From: Phycisphaerae bacterium | GTDB taxonomy: Bacteria > Planctomycetota > Phycisphaerae > UBA1845 > Fen-1342 | DNA: 64,000 bases | Reading direction: 5' to 3' | NCBI GenBank assembly: GCA_963675745.2 | Contig: CAXXWX010000027.1 | Coordinates: 64,001-128,000 of the forward strand | In this document: in pieces, positions 9,719-19,840 of the stretch | How positions within the stretch are numbered: the stretch's first letter is position 1 | Layout of the letters: each line of letters begins with the position of its first letter | Position numbers and translations under genes: made by a program | The notes under the pieces: model-generated | Database searches by the model: none | Told to the model about the DNA's origin: nothing | Seen by the model: only the letters and a program-made list of their open reading frames with translations

Positions 9719-10645
9719 ATGCCCAATATCGAGCGCGTCGAACCCGAATCACTTCCCGCCACGCTGCGGGTACTTCTGGCCCGTCCGGGTCATAGGCGGG
9801 CGGATGTTGAGCAGGTTCAACAGTTCACGCAGTATCTCGGGCTGCCCGGCGTCGATTGGCGCGCGTGGCGGACCGGGCCACCTGATCAACCGAGCGCCAT
9901 CGCCTTCGTCGTGCTCCTGCCAGGCCGCACGGCGGTGGTGCTGGTCCCCCCCACAACCGGCAGCGGCGTAGACCGCGACGAGCAACGCGATCTGGTGGTT
10001 CACTCATTGGAGCGCTCACGCGGATTATCGCTGCACTACGCCCAGGCACTCGTTGACCCCGTAGACGTCGATCAGGCCGCCCTGTTTTCAGCCGCCGGCT
10101 TCCGACATATCACCACGCTGAACTACCTGGAACGCAAAGTGCGCTACCCCTGGAGCGATCCCCCCGACCAGGCCGGGCTCTCGTGGGTGCAGTACGACGC
10201 AGCCACGCACGCTCGTTTTGGACAGGCAATCCGCGCCAGCTATGTCGACAGCGCTGACTGCCCCGAGCTGTCCAGTTTACGACCCATCGACGATGTGATC
10301 GCCGCTCACCAGGCCAGCGGGGTCTTCACGCCGGCCCTCTGGGAGCTTGCCGTGGTCGACGGTGCCGACGCCGGGTGCTTGCTGCTGGCCCCGCTGTCGC
10401 GCGGCTCAATTGTCGAGCTGGTGTACATGGGGATTGCACCCGCCTGGCGTGGTCGCGGCCTGGGTGAACTGTTCATGCGCCGCGCGCTTGAGCGGTGTCG
10501 CCAGGAGCGGATTCGGCAGCTCACGACGGTTGTGGATAACCGCAACACACGCGCAAAGCGGCTCTACGCGCGCTTTGACATGCGCCTGATAGCGCGGCGC
10601 GATGCGTATCTCTTTCGGTGGTCTGGACCTACGAAAACAGCATGA
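9719..10645 (+). CDS. GNAT-family N-acetyltransferase (tandem GNAT-like)
   Basis: C-terminal ELVYMGIAPAWRGRGLG acetyl-CoA motif and N..A..LY motif. Confidence 0.85.
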   Translation: MPNIERVEPESLPATLRVLLARPGHRRADVEQVQQFTQYLGLPGVDWRAWRTGPPDQPSAIAFVVLLPGRTAVVLVPPTTGSGVDRDEQRDLVVHSLERSRGLSLHYAQALVDPVDVDQAALFSAAGFRHITTLNYLERKVRYPWSDPPDQAGLSWVQYDAATHARFGQAIRASYVDSADCPELSSLRPIDDVIAAHQASGVFTPALWELAVVDGADAGCLLLAPLSRGSIVELVYMGIAPAWRGRGLGELFMRRALERCRQERIRQLTTVVDNRNTRAKRLYARFDMRLIARRDAYLFRWSGPTKTA

Positions 10646-10732
10646 AACAAGCTGCGCATGAGCAGCGCCGTGTTGAGGCGCGCCGGCGAGTTCTGATGGT
10701 CTGGGCATGACCTGTGGACAAGCTGTGAAACC
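10531..10732. promoter_or_regulatory. DnaA boxes upstream of dnaA (possible oriC or autoregulatory region)
   Basis: TGTGGATAA (perfect box, 10531-10539, inside the GNAT gene), TGTGGACAA (10713-10721) and adjacent degenerate TGTGAAACC (10724-10732), followed by a T run. Confidence 0.5.
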
Positions 10733-10941
10733 AAAGTTTTTTTTTGGCGCTCACCGTTTGCCACTGCGCGACTTACGCATGTGACACCTTCGCCGCCGCG
10801 ATTCAGTCGTTGCCACTTCGATCCGGCAGATGTATATTGCCGTTAGCTCAGGGAAGGTTGGGAGGCCTGTCCGGCGTATTTCCTGCCAAGCTTCATCATC
10901 TGTGGTGCAATACGTAAAAGGGCGATCCCCAGGGGTGGCGA

Positions 10942-12357
10942 GTGGATTCTGTGGCCGCGCAAAAGGTCTCGTCGATTCGCGAACACGTATCGGACCGCAT
11001 TGGCGAGACTCGCTTCAATACCTGGTTTGGTTCAACCGTTGAGTTTGACCTGGAACCCGATCGACTTTCGGTCATGGTGCCGAACGCGTTCGTCGGCAAT
11101 TGGATCGCCACCAATTACCTCTCCGAGCTGAAAGCCGCCGCGCGCGCAGTGGCCGGCGAAACCGCAACGGTCGACGTGCGCGTCAATTCGGGTAACGCCT
11201 CGGTCGAATCCGTACCACAAGCTCGTGATGACCGGCAGCGTGGCGCGGCGCGCCCGCAGCCTGTCGTGCGACGAGAACCCCGACGGCGCCCCGAAACGCC
11301 TCGGCTGCGCGGCGAACTGGACTCGTTCGTGGTCGGCGCGTCGAATCAGTTGGCCTATTCCGCCGCCCACAGCGCCGTCCTGACGCCACGCGGCGCATTC
11401 CGCCCGCTGTTCATCCACGGCGGATGCGGTCTCGGAAAAACCCATCTGTTACACGGCATCTGCAACGGCATCGCCACCAACCATCCCACGCTACGCTCGT
11501 GCTATATTTCGGGTGAGGAGTTCACCAACGAGTTCATCCACGCCGTACAGGCCCGTCACATCGACGCGTTTCGCGCCCGTTATCGCCGGGTGGACCTGTT
11601 GCTGATCGACGATATCCACTTCCTGGCCAACAAGAAGGCCACCCAAGAGGAGTTTCTGCACACCTTCAACGCGATCGACGGGTATGGCAACCTGGTGGTG
11701 CTGTCATCCGACCGGCACCCGCGTAATATCGCGGCGTTGTCTGAGCCGCTGCGCAATCGCCTGATCGCGGGAATGGTCGTCGAGATCAAACCGCCGGACT
11801 ACGCCGTGCGCCGCGAAATCCTCCGGCGGCGTTCGGTGAACATGAGCTGCACCATCCCGGAGGATGTGATCGATCTGATTGCCCGGCGCGTGACGCGCAA
11901 CGTGCGCGAATTGGAGGGGGCACTGTACAAGCTGGCCGCCTTGGCCTCACTCACCAAGGAACCCATCACGGCGACAATGGTCGAGATCGCGCTGGAGGAT
12001 TATCTCGCACCCGATGGGACCCAGCCGGGCGTCGACGACATCGCCCGTGTCGTCGGTGATTACTTCGCGGTGCCGCGCGAGCGGATCGACTCATCATCGC
12101 GCGACCGCACCGTGACGCTGGCCCGCGCGATCACAATGTACTTGACGCGCAAACACACCACGATGAGCTTTCCGGAAATCGGCCGCGCCATGGGTAACAA
12201 AAACCACTCAACCGTTGTGATGGCGGTGCAACGCGTTGAGCAGATGGTCGCCGGAGATGCCGCGGCGAGTTGGAAGACGCCACACGGCGCCAGGGAGTGC
12301 CTCGTGCGCCAGTTGCTCTGCGAGGTCGAGGAGAAACTCGAGCGGCGGGAGCGGTAG
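10942..12357 (+). CDS. dnaA: Chromosomal replication initiator protein DnaA
   Basis: FNTWF domain I; FVVGASNQLA; Walker A GGCGLGKTHLL; LLIDDIHFL; QEEFLHTFN; NVRELEGAL; domain IV SFPEIG...NHSTV. Confidence 0.97.
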   Translation: MDSVAAQKVSSIREHVSDRIGETRFNTWFGSTVEFDLEPDRLSVMVPNAFVGNWIATNYLSELKAAARAVAGETATVDVRVNSGNASVESVPQARDDRQRGAARPQPVVRREPRRRPETPRLRGELDSFVVGASNQLAYSAAHSAVLTPRGAFRPLFIHGGCGLGKTHLLHGICNGIATNHPTLRSCYISGEEFTNEFIHAVQARHIDAFRARYRRVDLLLIDDIHFLANKKATQEEFLHTFNAIDGYGNLVVLSSDRHPRNIAALSEPLRNRLIAGMVVEIKPPDYAVRREILRRRSVNMSCTIPEDVIDLIARRVTRNVRELEGALYKLAALASLTKEPITATMVEIALEDYLAPDGTQPGVDDIARVVGDYFAVPRERIDSSSRDRTVTLARAITMYLTRKHTTMSFPEIGRAMGNKNHSTVVMAVQRVEQMVAGDAAASWKTPHGARECLVRQLLCEVEEKLERRER

Positions 12358-12387
12358 AGCGCTTGAGCTACCACCCGCAATGGGGCC

Positions 12388-12425
12388 CGCACGCGCCGGC
12401 GACAGGCCGGCGCGTGCGTTTTATT
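12388..12425 (+). terminator. Intrinsic terminator after dnaA
   Basis: Perfect 13-bp stem cgcacgcgccggc-gacag-gccggcgcgtgcg followed by ttttatt. Confidence 0.85.
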
Positions 12426-12451
12426 GTGCGCCCGGCGACTTGCCGGCGCCC

Positions 12452-12481
12452 TTACCGCCTTGGCCGAATTCCAAGTATAAT
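12452..12481 (+). promoter_or_regulatory. Putative sigma-70 promoter
   Basis: Perfect TATAAT at 12476-12481 with weak TTACCG 18 nt upstream; located just after the dnaA terminator. Confidence 0.5.
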
Positions 12482-12516
12482 GGCACCGTTCCGGGTGGGC
12501 AGAGACGGAGGTTCGC

Positions 12517-12717
12517 ATGAACAAGGCCACGTGGTTGTCACGAACCCTATGCTACGCACCAACCACTGTGTTGCTGTCAATTGGCGGGTGCCTGGCCGGC
12601 GTCTACGATGCGTTCGACATGATCGTGGCGCCCGAAGCCCTCTCCAACGCCCTGCGTCTGCCCGCGAGTGATGTGCTGCCACTGGCCGAGTTATTCACGC
12701 GGTTCTGGATCAGGTAG
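12517..12717 (+). CDS. Small hypothetical protein (66 aa), possible lipoprotein
   Basis: GGAGG SD, upstream TATAAT, LLSIGGC lipobox-like motif; stops 5 nt before the next gene. Confidence 0.6.
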   Translation: MNKATWLSRTLCYAPTTVLLSIGGCLAGVYDAFDMIVAPEALSNALRLPASDVLPLAELFTRFWIR

Positions 12718-12722
12718 TCGAG

Positions 12723-14357
12723 ATGGCGGAGCTGATTATCCGACACCCCGGCGGGCGACAGTCTAGGCTGACGCTGTCACGTAAACCTGTGCGCATCGGC
12801 CGCGGGCTCGAATGCGACCATGACCTCGGCGCTGATGACGCCGAAGTCTCGCGCAAACACGCCGACATCTGGCTCAGTGAAGAGGGTCAGGTGCTGGTGA
12901 CCGATCTTCGCTCCAAGAACGGCACGCGCGTGGACGACGGCGAACCGTTCTGGAACGAGACGCGCGTCGCCCAGCGCGTCGTTCACATCGGTGAACACCA
13001 GTTCGAGATTGTGCGCGACGTCGCCGCCGGCGATGACAGCACCCTGTCGGACATCACCTTCGGTCCCGATCGGCCGCCCAACGCCGGCCCGTTGACGACA
13101 TTCCCGTCCAGCAAGGGCTTCAATCTGGGGCAGGAGCGCCTCATGCTCCTGATGCGCCTGAGCGAACGAATCAGCGGGTCCTTCGAGCGACGGCAGTTGC
13201 TCGAACAGGCGCTCGATTCATGCTTCGAAACGCTCGGCTTTGAGCGCGGACTGGTCGCGGTGAAAACGCCGCGCGGCGATGTTGAGCAACCGGTGACGCG
13301 CAATGTGCAACCCGAAGAGGTCAGCCGCACGCTGATCAACCGCGCGCTGATCGACGGTGAGCGCGCCATCGTCAACGACGTTGCCACCGACCTGAAGGGT
13401 AACCTGACCGACAGCCTGGTGCGCTTCCCGATCTGCTCCGCGCTCTCCGTGCCGATCCTGCACCGTGGCGAGGTGTTGGGTGTGATCTACGGAGACCGCG
13501 TGACTGACACGACCGCGCGCCCCTATCAGCGCGAGGACGTCGACTTCCTGGGTGCCATCGCGCAGCAGGTCGGCGTCGGGCTGTCGAATCTGCGGCTCTT
13601 TGAAAACCGCATGCTGGTCGAGCAATACCAACGCGAGTTGGAGCGCGCCCGGGCCATCCAACGGCGTTTGCTGCCGCGCGCCCCATTGCAGGTCGGTGGC
13701 ATCATGGCCGAGGGTTATAACGAGCCGTCCGCCGGTGTCAGCGGCGATTACTATGACTTCATCGATCTGGGCGATGGGCGTCTCGGGTTTGTGATCGCCG
13801 ATGTGGTTGGCCATGGGCTCGCCGCCGCACTGCTCTCAACCAACTTGCAGGCCGCGATGCACGTGGCCCTGAGTGGTACGGACAATCTGCCCGAGATCGC
13901 GGCGCGCATCAACCGCTGGATCTGCAAAAACACCGAGTCGCACGTGTTCATCACCGGCATTCTCGGCATGGTCGAGGCGAGCACCGGTATGGTGCGATAC
14001 GTATCGGCCGGACACCATGGACCGATCGTCGTCGGTAACCAGCGCATCGAGCCCATGCACTGCGAGGGCGCATTACCGCTGGGTATTGAGCCCAACGAGG
14101 TGTTTGACGAGCACGCCGTCAAACCCGACGACAACACCAGGGTGATTCTCTTCTACACCGACGGGCTTATCGAAGCTTCAATCCCGGACGGCCCCCTGCT
14201 CGGCATGGCTCCCGTCGGCGACGCGCTCGCACAGATGACCGCGCCCACCGGCAGCGAAGTCATCAAGACGCTGCGCGCGCTCGTGCGCGGCCACCTCCAC
14301 GGCGAATCAAACGAGGATGATATGACGCTGCTGACGCTGCAGTACGGCTCGCCGTAG
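12723..14357 (+). CDS. FHA-GAF-PP2C (SpoIIE/RsbU-type) phosphatase
   Basis: FHA motifs IGR, VSRKHA, DLRSKNGT; GAF region; PP2C motifs VSGDYYD, IADVVGHG, YTDGLIE, EDDMTL. Confidence 0.93.
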   Translation: MAELIIRHPGGRQSRLTLSRKPVRIGRGLECDHDLGADDAEVSRKHADIWLSEEGQVLVTDLRSKNGTRVDDGEPFWNETRVAQRVVHIGEHQFEIVRDVAAGDDSTLSDITFGPDRPPNAGPLTTFPSSKGFNLGQERLMLLMRLSERISGSFERRQLLEQALDSCFETLGFERGLVAVKTPRGDVEQPVTRNVQPEEVSRTLINRALIDGERAIVNDVATDLKGNLTDSLVRFPICSALSVPILHRGEVLGVIYGDRVTDTTARPYQREDVDFLGAIAQQVGVGLSNLRLFENRMLVEQYQRELERARAIQRRLLPRAPLQVGGIMAEGYNEPSAGVSGDYYDFIDLGDGRLGFVIADVVGHGLAAALLSTNLQAAMHVALSGTDNLPEIAARINRWICKNTESHVFITGILGMVEASTGMVRYVSAGHHGPIVVGNQRIEPMHCEGALPLGIEPNEVFDEHAVKPDDNTRVILFYTDGLIEASIPDGPLLGMAPVGDALAQMTAPTGSEVIKTLRALVRGHLHGESNEDDMTLLTLQYGSP

Positions 14358-14360
14358 CGG

Positions 14361-17105
14361 TTATTTCGCCTCAAGCCAGTTGGCACCCGCCGCAACATCC
14401 ACTTTCAACGGCACGCGCAGGTTCATGGCCCCGGTCATGGTCTCACGGATGATCTGTGACATCGGCTCGACTTCACCCAGCGGCGATTCACAGACCAGTT
14501 CATCGTGTACCTGCAACAACATGCGCAGTGGCAGGCCCTCGTCTTGAATCCGCCGGTGCAGGTTGATCATGGCGATCTTGATCAGGTCGGCCGCCGAACC
14601 CTGCACGACCGTATTAACCGCCAGTCGTTGAGCTTGCGCGCGGGCGTTCTGGTTGCGCGAGTCAATATCACGAATCGGCCGATGTCGACCGAGAATCGTG
14701 CGCACGCAACCATCCTTACGCGCGGTTTCGACACATTGATCGATAAACGCGCGTATGCGCGGGTAGCGCGCGAAATATCCGTTGATGAACGTCTGAGCCT
14801 CACCACGGTTCATGCCGGTTGTCTGGGCCAGGCCGAAAGCCGTCTGACCGTAGATGATGCCGAAATTCACGGCCTTGGCGTGGGCGCGCATGTCCCTGGT
14901 AACGTCCGCGAGTGCAACCCCATTGACCTGGGCCGCAACCACCGCGTGGATGTCGAGGTCTTCGGCGAATGCCGCCGTCAGCGCCTCATCCTCGCAGAAA
15001 TGCGCTAGCACGCGCAGTTCAACCTGGGAGTAGTCCGCAACAATGAGCCGTTGTCCGGCGTCGCGCGGTACGAACGCTTTTCGTATCCGGCGCCCGAGCT
15101 CGGTTCGCACGGGGATATTCTGCAAGTTCGGGTCGCTGCTGGAGAGGCGGCCGGTGACGGCGCCGGTCTGGTGGTAGCTGGTGTGTACGCGCCCCGTGCG
15201 CGCGCTGCGATTCAGCGGCAGTGCGTCCACGTAAGTACCGCGCAGTTTCTGAAGCTCGCGGTATTCCAGCATCAGTTGCGGGAATTCGTCGCCGGTCTCG
15301 CGGGCCAAAGCTGTGAGCGTGTCGGCGTCGGTCGACCGCGCCGTCTTCGTGCGCCTGACAACGCGGTAGCCGAGTTTGTCGAAGAGCACCTCGGCTAGTT
15401 GCCGCGTGGAATCGAGATTGAACGACGCCTCGGCCAACTCGTGCACGCGCTGTGTCAGTTCTTCCGTGCGCGCGGCGAGTTCGCGGCTCATCTCCGCCAA
15501 GTAATCCACGTCAAGACTGATACCGTTAAATTCCATCTCCGCCAGGACATCGACCAGCGGGATCTCCGTATCCAGAAACAGCCGCTCGACACCGCTCGGC
15601 GCCAGGCGCGGTTCGAGCAGCTCCTTCAGACGCCAGGTATAGTCGGCGTCCTCCGCCGCATACTCGGCGACGTGCTCAACCGGGACCTGGTCCATGCGAA
15701 GCTGCTGCCGTCCCTTGCCGATCAAGTCCGAAATCGGAATCATCGCGTGGCCGAGCAGATCGCGCACCAGCCGGTCCATGCCATACGACATGCGCGCCGG
15801 CTCGAGCAGGAAGGCGGCGATCATGGTGTCAAAAAGCGGTCCGGCGATCGGCATGTCCGCGTTACGCAGGACGATCAGGTCATACTTGATGTTCTGGCCG
15901 ATCTTGCGTTTGGCCGTATCGGCGAGCAGCGGCGCAAGCTTCTCGCGAACCAGCGCTGCGGGCAAGGCTTGACCATACTGCGTCATCGTCGGAATGTAGT
16001 AGCCCGTACCGACCTCCCATGAAAGTGACACGCCGACAAGTTCAGCGTCCACGGGGTCAACGCCGGTGGTTTCGGTATCGACGGCGAACTCGGGCTGCCG
16101 CGCCAGATCCTCGACGAGTGCATCCAGCGCTGCGGGTGTGTTTACGAGCACATAGTCACCACCGTCCGGTTCGCGCAGTCGCAGCGCAAGCTGATCATCT
16201 GGAGCGGGTGGCGTCGGTGTCGGGGCGGACGCCGTGGGCACAGACGGCGCGGTGCCGGGTAACTGCTCCTGCAATTGCCTCAGGTTCAGCTCTTCAAACA
16301 CGGGCCGCGCCGCTGCCCAGTCAAAGCCGGCACAAGCGGCCTCAGTAAGATCCAACTCGACGGGCACGTCGCTGCACAGCGTCACCAACTCCCGTGTCAC
16401 GGCGGCGCGCGGCGCAAACGCCAGCACATTCTCACGCTGTTTCCCGGTCAGTTCGTCGGCATGCTCAATCACACCTTGGGCCGTGCCGTACTTGGCCAAC
16501 AGCTTGGCCGCCGTCTTGGGACCGATGCCCGTCACACCGGGGATGTTGTCGACCGTGTCGCCGGTGAGAATCTGCGCCTCGACGGCCTGATGCGGCGTCC
16601 ATCCCTTGGTTTCGAGCAGGCGCTGCGGTGTTATGACTTCGTCTTTTGCGGGGTCGTAAAGGGAGACGTGCTCCGTCAGCAGTTGTTCGAGGTCTTTGTC
16701 GCGGCTGACTATGAAAATCTGCAAGTCCTCGCCGGCGAGTTGGCGCGCCAGCGTCGCAATGATGTCGTCAGCCTCGTATCCCTCCAGCCGCAACATCGGC
16801 ACCTTTATCGCGGAGAGGATCGACATGATGCGATCCGCCTGCACGGACAGGTCTTCGGGTGGCGGCTCGCGATTGGCCTTGTACTCGGGGTATACCTGCT
16901 TGCGCAGCAGCTTGGATTCATCAGCATCCAGCACCATCGCCAGATAGTCGGGCCGCCGATCGCGAACCAGGTTCATCAGCATGCGGCAGAAGACGTGGGT
17001 CGCGCGTGTCGGTTCGCCACTGGGTGCCGTCAGGTTCCCGAACGGTGCATAATACGCCCGGTAGATTTGAGCGTGGCCGTCAATGATGTAGAGCGTCTTG
17101 GGCAT
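14361..17105 (-). CDS. polA: DNA polymerase I
   Basis: 5'-3' exo (IDG..., YKANR, EADD, GDTVDNIPGV), 3'-5' exo (VDTETT, GQNIKYD, YAAEDAD), polymerase motifs TGRLSSSDPNLQNIP, ADYSQVELR, KAVNFGIIYG, LQVHDEL. Confidence 0.99.
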   Translation of the reverse strand: MPKTLYIIDGHAQIYRAYYAPFGNLTAPSGEPTRATHVFCRMLMNLVRDRRPDYLAMVLDADESKLLRKQVYPEYKANREPPPEDLSVQADRIMSILSAIKVPMLRLEGYEADDIIATLARQLAGEDLQIFIVSRDKDLEQLLTEHVSLYDPAKDEVITPQRLLETKGWTPHQAVEAQILTGDTVDNIPGVTGIGPKTAAKLLAKYGTAQGVIEHADELTGKQRENVLAFAPRAAVTRELVTLCSDVPVELDLTEAACAGFDWAAARPVFEELNLRQLQEQLPGTAPSVPTASAPTPTPPAPDDQLALRLREPDGGDYVLVNTPAALDALVEDLARQPEFAVDTETTGVDPVDAELVGVSLSWEVGTGYYIPTMTQYGQALPAALVREKLAPLLADTAKRKIGQNIKYDLIVLRNADMPIAGPLFDTMIAAFLLEPARMSYGMDRLVRDLLGHAMIPISDLIGKGRQQLRMDQVPVEHVAEYAAEDADYTWRLKELLEPRLAPSGVERLFLDTEIPLVDVLAEMEFNGISLDVDYLAEMSRELAARTEELTQRVHELAEASFNLDSTRQLAEVLFDKLGYRVVRRTKTARSTDADTLTALARETGDEFPQLMLEYRELQKLRGTYVDALPLNRSARTGRVHTSYHQTGAVTGRLSSSDPNLQNIPVRTELGRRIRKAFVPRDAGQRLIVADYSQVELRVLAHFCEDEALTAAFAEDLDIHAVVAAQVNGVALADVTRDMRAHAKAVNFGIIYGQTAFGLAQTTGMNRGEAQTFINGYFARYPRIRAFIDQCVETARKDGCVRTILGRHRPIRDIDSRNQNARAQAQRLAVNTVVQGSAADLIKIAMINLHRRIQDEGLPLRMLLQVHDELVCESPLGEVEPMSQIIRETMTGAMNLRVPLKVDVAAGANWLEAK

Positions 17106-17237
17106 GCGCGTATCGTATTGCGCCGCCGCCCGGTGTGCACGTTGGAGGAAGGGACTGATGGACTAGGGGATTAAGGGAGGGCGTGGTTGGGCTTATAGTG
17201 GCGTACTGTGGACCGAAACTGCATGGGTCGGAGGATC

Positions 17238-17780
17238 ATGATGTCTCTGGAGACCTGGGCGCGCATTGAATTGCATGAAGGTGATATCACGGCATTGAAG
17301 GTGGATGCGATCGTCAACGCCGCCAATGCTCAGCTTGCCGGTGGCGGTGGCGTGGACGGCGCGATACACCGCGCGGCCGGGCCGGAACTGCTCGCGGCAT
17401 GCCGTAAGCTCGGCGGTTGCGCAACAGGAGACGCCAAGATCACACCGGGATTCAACCTGCCGGCCCGCTACGTGATTCATGCCGTCGGACCGGTGTACGG
17501 CGGTGGCTCGCGCAGAGAACCGGATCTGCTCGCCGGCTGTTACCGTCGATCGCTGGAACTCTGCGCCGCCCATGACCTGCGCAGTGTCGCGTTCTCGGCG
17601 ATCAGCACCGGCGTCTACGGCTATCCGTTTGACGAGGCCACCCGGATCGCGTTTCAAACCACGGCGGACTTCCTCAAAGACCACGGCGGAATAGAACGCG
17701 CCATATTCGTGTTCTTTGGGCAAACGGCATATCGAGCGGCCCAGGACATATATGGCGAAATGGCGAAGCCGGCGAACTGA
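17238..17780 (+). CDS. Macro-domain O-acetyl-ADP-ribose deacetylase (YmdB-like)
   Basis: [49 protein letters not shown]. Confidence 0.93.
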   Translation: MMSLETWARIELHEGDITALKVDAIVNAANAQLAGGGGVDGAIHRAAGPELLAACRKLGGCATGDAKITPGFNLPARYVIHAVGPVYGGGSRREPDLLAGCYRRSLELCAAHDLRSVAFSAISTGVYGYPFDEATRIAFQTTADFLKDHGGIERAIFVFFGQTAYRAAQDIYGEMAKPAN

Positions 17781-17807
17781 CCACGGAACGGACGGATCAG
17801 AGGGTGA

Positions 17808-17904
17808 GGGTGCCCCGCGGCTTGCCGTGGGGGACGGACGCCGAGGGATGACTGATCTCGCTCGCCGTGAGGGTCAGTCCCCCACCCCAAGGGATGGGGC
17901 ACCC
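17808..17904. repeat. Inverted pair of GGGTGCCCC-type REP-like hairpins between convergent genes
   Basis: gggtgccccgcggcttgccgtgggggac ... gtcccccaccccaagggatggggcaccc; third copy at 61216-61246. Confidence 0.75.
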
Positions 17905-19163
17905 GCATCCGCGTCGCGGCGGATCAGCACGGCAGTAAGGTCGTCGGATTGCGGGGCACCTTCGCAGAAGCGCAGAACTTGATTGTGCAACATCTGCGTC
18001 AGGTCCTCCAGCGGCAGTGTCGCGTTCTGCTGGATGAGTTCGATTACTCGCTCTTCGCCGAACAGCTCACCATCCGGCGCGGGGGCCTCAAAGAACCCAT
18101 CCGTCAACAGCACAAACATACCGCCCGGCGGCAGATCAAGCCGTACAGCCTCGAACTGCTCACCGGACAGGACCGCCAGCGGCAGGCCCGTTGATTCGCG
18201 CGACTCGACCTCCGCGCCGCGGAACACAAGCAACGGCGCCTGACCGGCCGACACGTAGTCGATCCGATGCTCGCGGGGATCGATGATGCCGACAAACGCC
18301 GTCACGAAACGCCCCTCGCTGATATCCTCTTCGAGCAGGTTGTTTACGCGCGAGGCCACTTCGCCGATATCAGCCGAGAGCGACAACAAGGCGCGCAGCA
18401 GCGAGCGACACTGCGCGATAACCAGTGCCGCACCGATGCCATGTCCGGTCGCGTCGGCAAAAAACACGGCGAGACGTCCATCATCCAGCGGGATAAAGTC
18501 GTAACAATCGCCGCCAGTCTCGTCGGCCGAGCGGTTCCAACCCGTGATCTGGTAGCCGGCAAGTTCGGGGTTGTGCTTGGGCAGGTAGGCCTGTTGGATA
18601 GTGCGCGCGATGTGCAGATCACGGCTCAGGCGCTGCTTCTCGGCGTATTCTTCGAGGAGTCGTCCGCGGTGCAGCGCGACACCCGCCTGGGCACCAAGCG
18701 TCTCCGCCAGGTCAACATCATCCGTGTCGAAGGCACCATCGTTCTTGTTCAGCGTCTGGAGGACGCCGATCAGCTCGCCCGCCAGGTTCTCCAACGGAAT
18801 GCTGAGGATGTTGCGTGTCTTGAAACCGGTGGTCTTGTCGACATCACGGTTGAAGCGCGGGTCGGCATACGCATCCGGAACGTTGACGATCTGGCGAGTC
18901 TGGGCCGCGGCACCGGCGATGCCGGCGGCGGCTGGAAAGCGAATCTCGTCCACGCCAGTGGCAACCTTCGACCATAGCTCGTCGGTCTGGGCGTCATACA
19001 GGAAGATCGACGCCCGCTCGCAGTCCAACACGTCACACGCGGCGCCAATAATCATGTTCAGAAGCACATCCAGGTCCATCGTCGCAGCCATACCGCGCGA
19101 TACGTCGAGGATGCGCTTCAGTTTCACGACCTGTCGGTCTTGTTGAGGCTGACTTACGCTCAT
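17874..19163 (-). CDS. GAF-domain PP2C (SpoIIE/RsbU-type) phosphatase
   Basis: GAF signature VPDAYADPRFNRDVDKTTGFKTRNIL, NK...F...D; PP2C TGGDCYD, ADATGHG, TDGFFE, SDDLT. Confidence 0.93.
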   Translation of the reverse strand: MSVSQPQQDRQVVKLKRILDVSRGMAATMDLDVLLNMIIGAACDVLDCERASIFLYDAQTDELWSKVATGVDEIRFPAAAGIAGAAAQTRQIVNVPDAYADPRFNRDVDKTTGFKTRNILSIPLENLAGELIGVLQTLNKNDGAFDTDDVDLAETLGAQAGVALHRGRLLEEYAEKQRLSRDLHIARTIQQAYLPKHNPELAGYQITGWNRSADETGGDCYDFIPLDDGRLAVFFADATGHGIGAALVIAQCRSLLRALLSLSADIGEVASRVNNLLEEDISEGRFVTAFVGIIDPREHRIDYVSAGQAPLLVFRGAEVESRESTGLPLAVLSGEQFEAVRLDLPPGGMFVLLTDGFFEAPAPDGELFGEERVIELIQQNATLPLEDLTQMLHNQVLRFCEGAPQSDDLTAVLIRRDADAGAPSLGVGD

Positions 19164-19587
19164 TGTCAGGCCTTGGCACAAGAGCGGCGACCCCGCATGT
19201 ACGGCGGAAGCGCGACGCCGCGCTAATGCACCGTTCAATCAGTTGGTGGGGACCAGTCCCGCATCATCAGTTGTCGGCGTTGCGGCCTTCCCAGCCCGGT
19301 TGGCCACCCGCCTCTCGATTCGCCGCCGTAGACTATTTGCCCGGACGCTTGAATGCAACGCGGCCATGCCAATGATTGGCGGACAGCACTGGGCTATCCG
19401 CCCGTGGCTCCAGTTGGCATGGGGCCGTCGCTCGGTTTTGCCGCATCGCGCCGGTGGACAATTGACCGTCTGATTTTCGTGCGGGCGGCACGATAACGTC
19501 CAGATAACTAATCTAGAATACAATCCGCCGGCGGTCAAATCTGCGATTATCGTTGACGCACGGCGGCGAGGTGTGTCCAATAGCACG

Positions 19588-19757
19588 AGCGGCAATGACG
19601 CGTTTCATGGACCAAATTGATCGGTTCATTGTCAGCCTGGCCGGCCGGTCAGCGCAGATGAGCCACTGGCCGGCAAGACTGTGACCCGACTCCTTTCCCT
19701 CCAGAGGCGGTGTCGTGGTTTAACCAGCAAGCCCCGTCCGCAGGCGGACGGGGCTTG
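19588..19757 (+). ncRNA. Candidate structured sRNA or small-ORF transcript
   Basis: TTGACG-N17-TCCAAT at 19553-19581, hairpin 19633-19681, CU-rich ctcctttccctcc, closing 13-bp hairpin 19728-19757. No Rfam family recognised. Confidence 0.35.
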
Positions 19758-19840
19758 TGCGTGCGCTGGCCGCCGCCGGGTAATACACTACACTCGTCGC
19801 GCACCACCGGCCGATGCGAGATGACAACAGGGAAGCAGCC

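Noticed and set aside
17238..17780. Macro-domain gene as antitoxin of a DarTG-like defence system
   Set aside because: It is a plain YmdB-type protein with no adjacent ADP-ribosyltransferase or sirtuin gene.
19655..19700. GCCACTG suggesting a cobalamin riboswitch
   Set aside because: No GGGAA / GGGAAG or B12-box elements around it.
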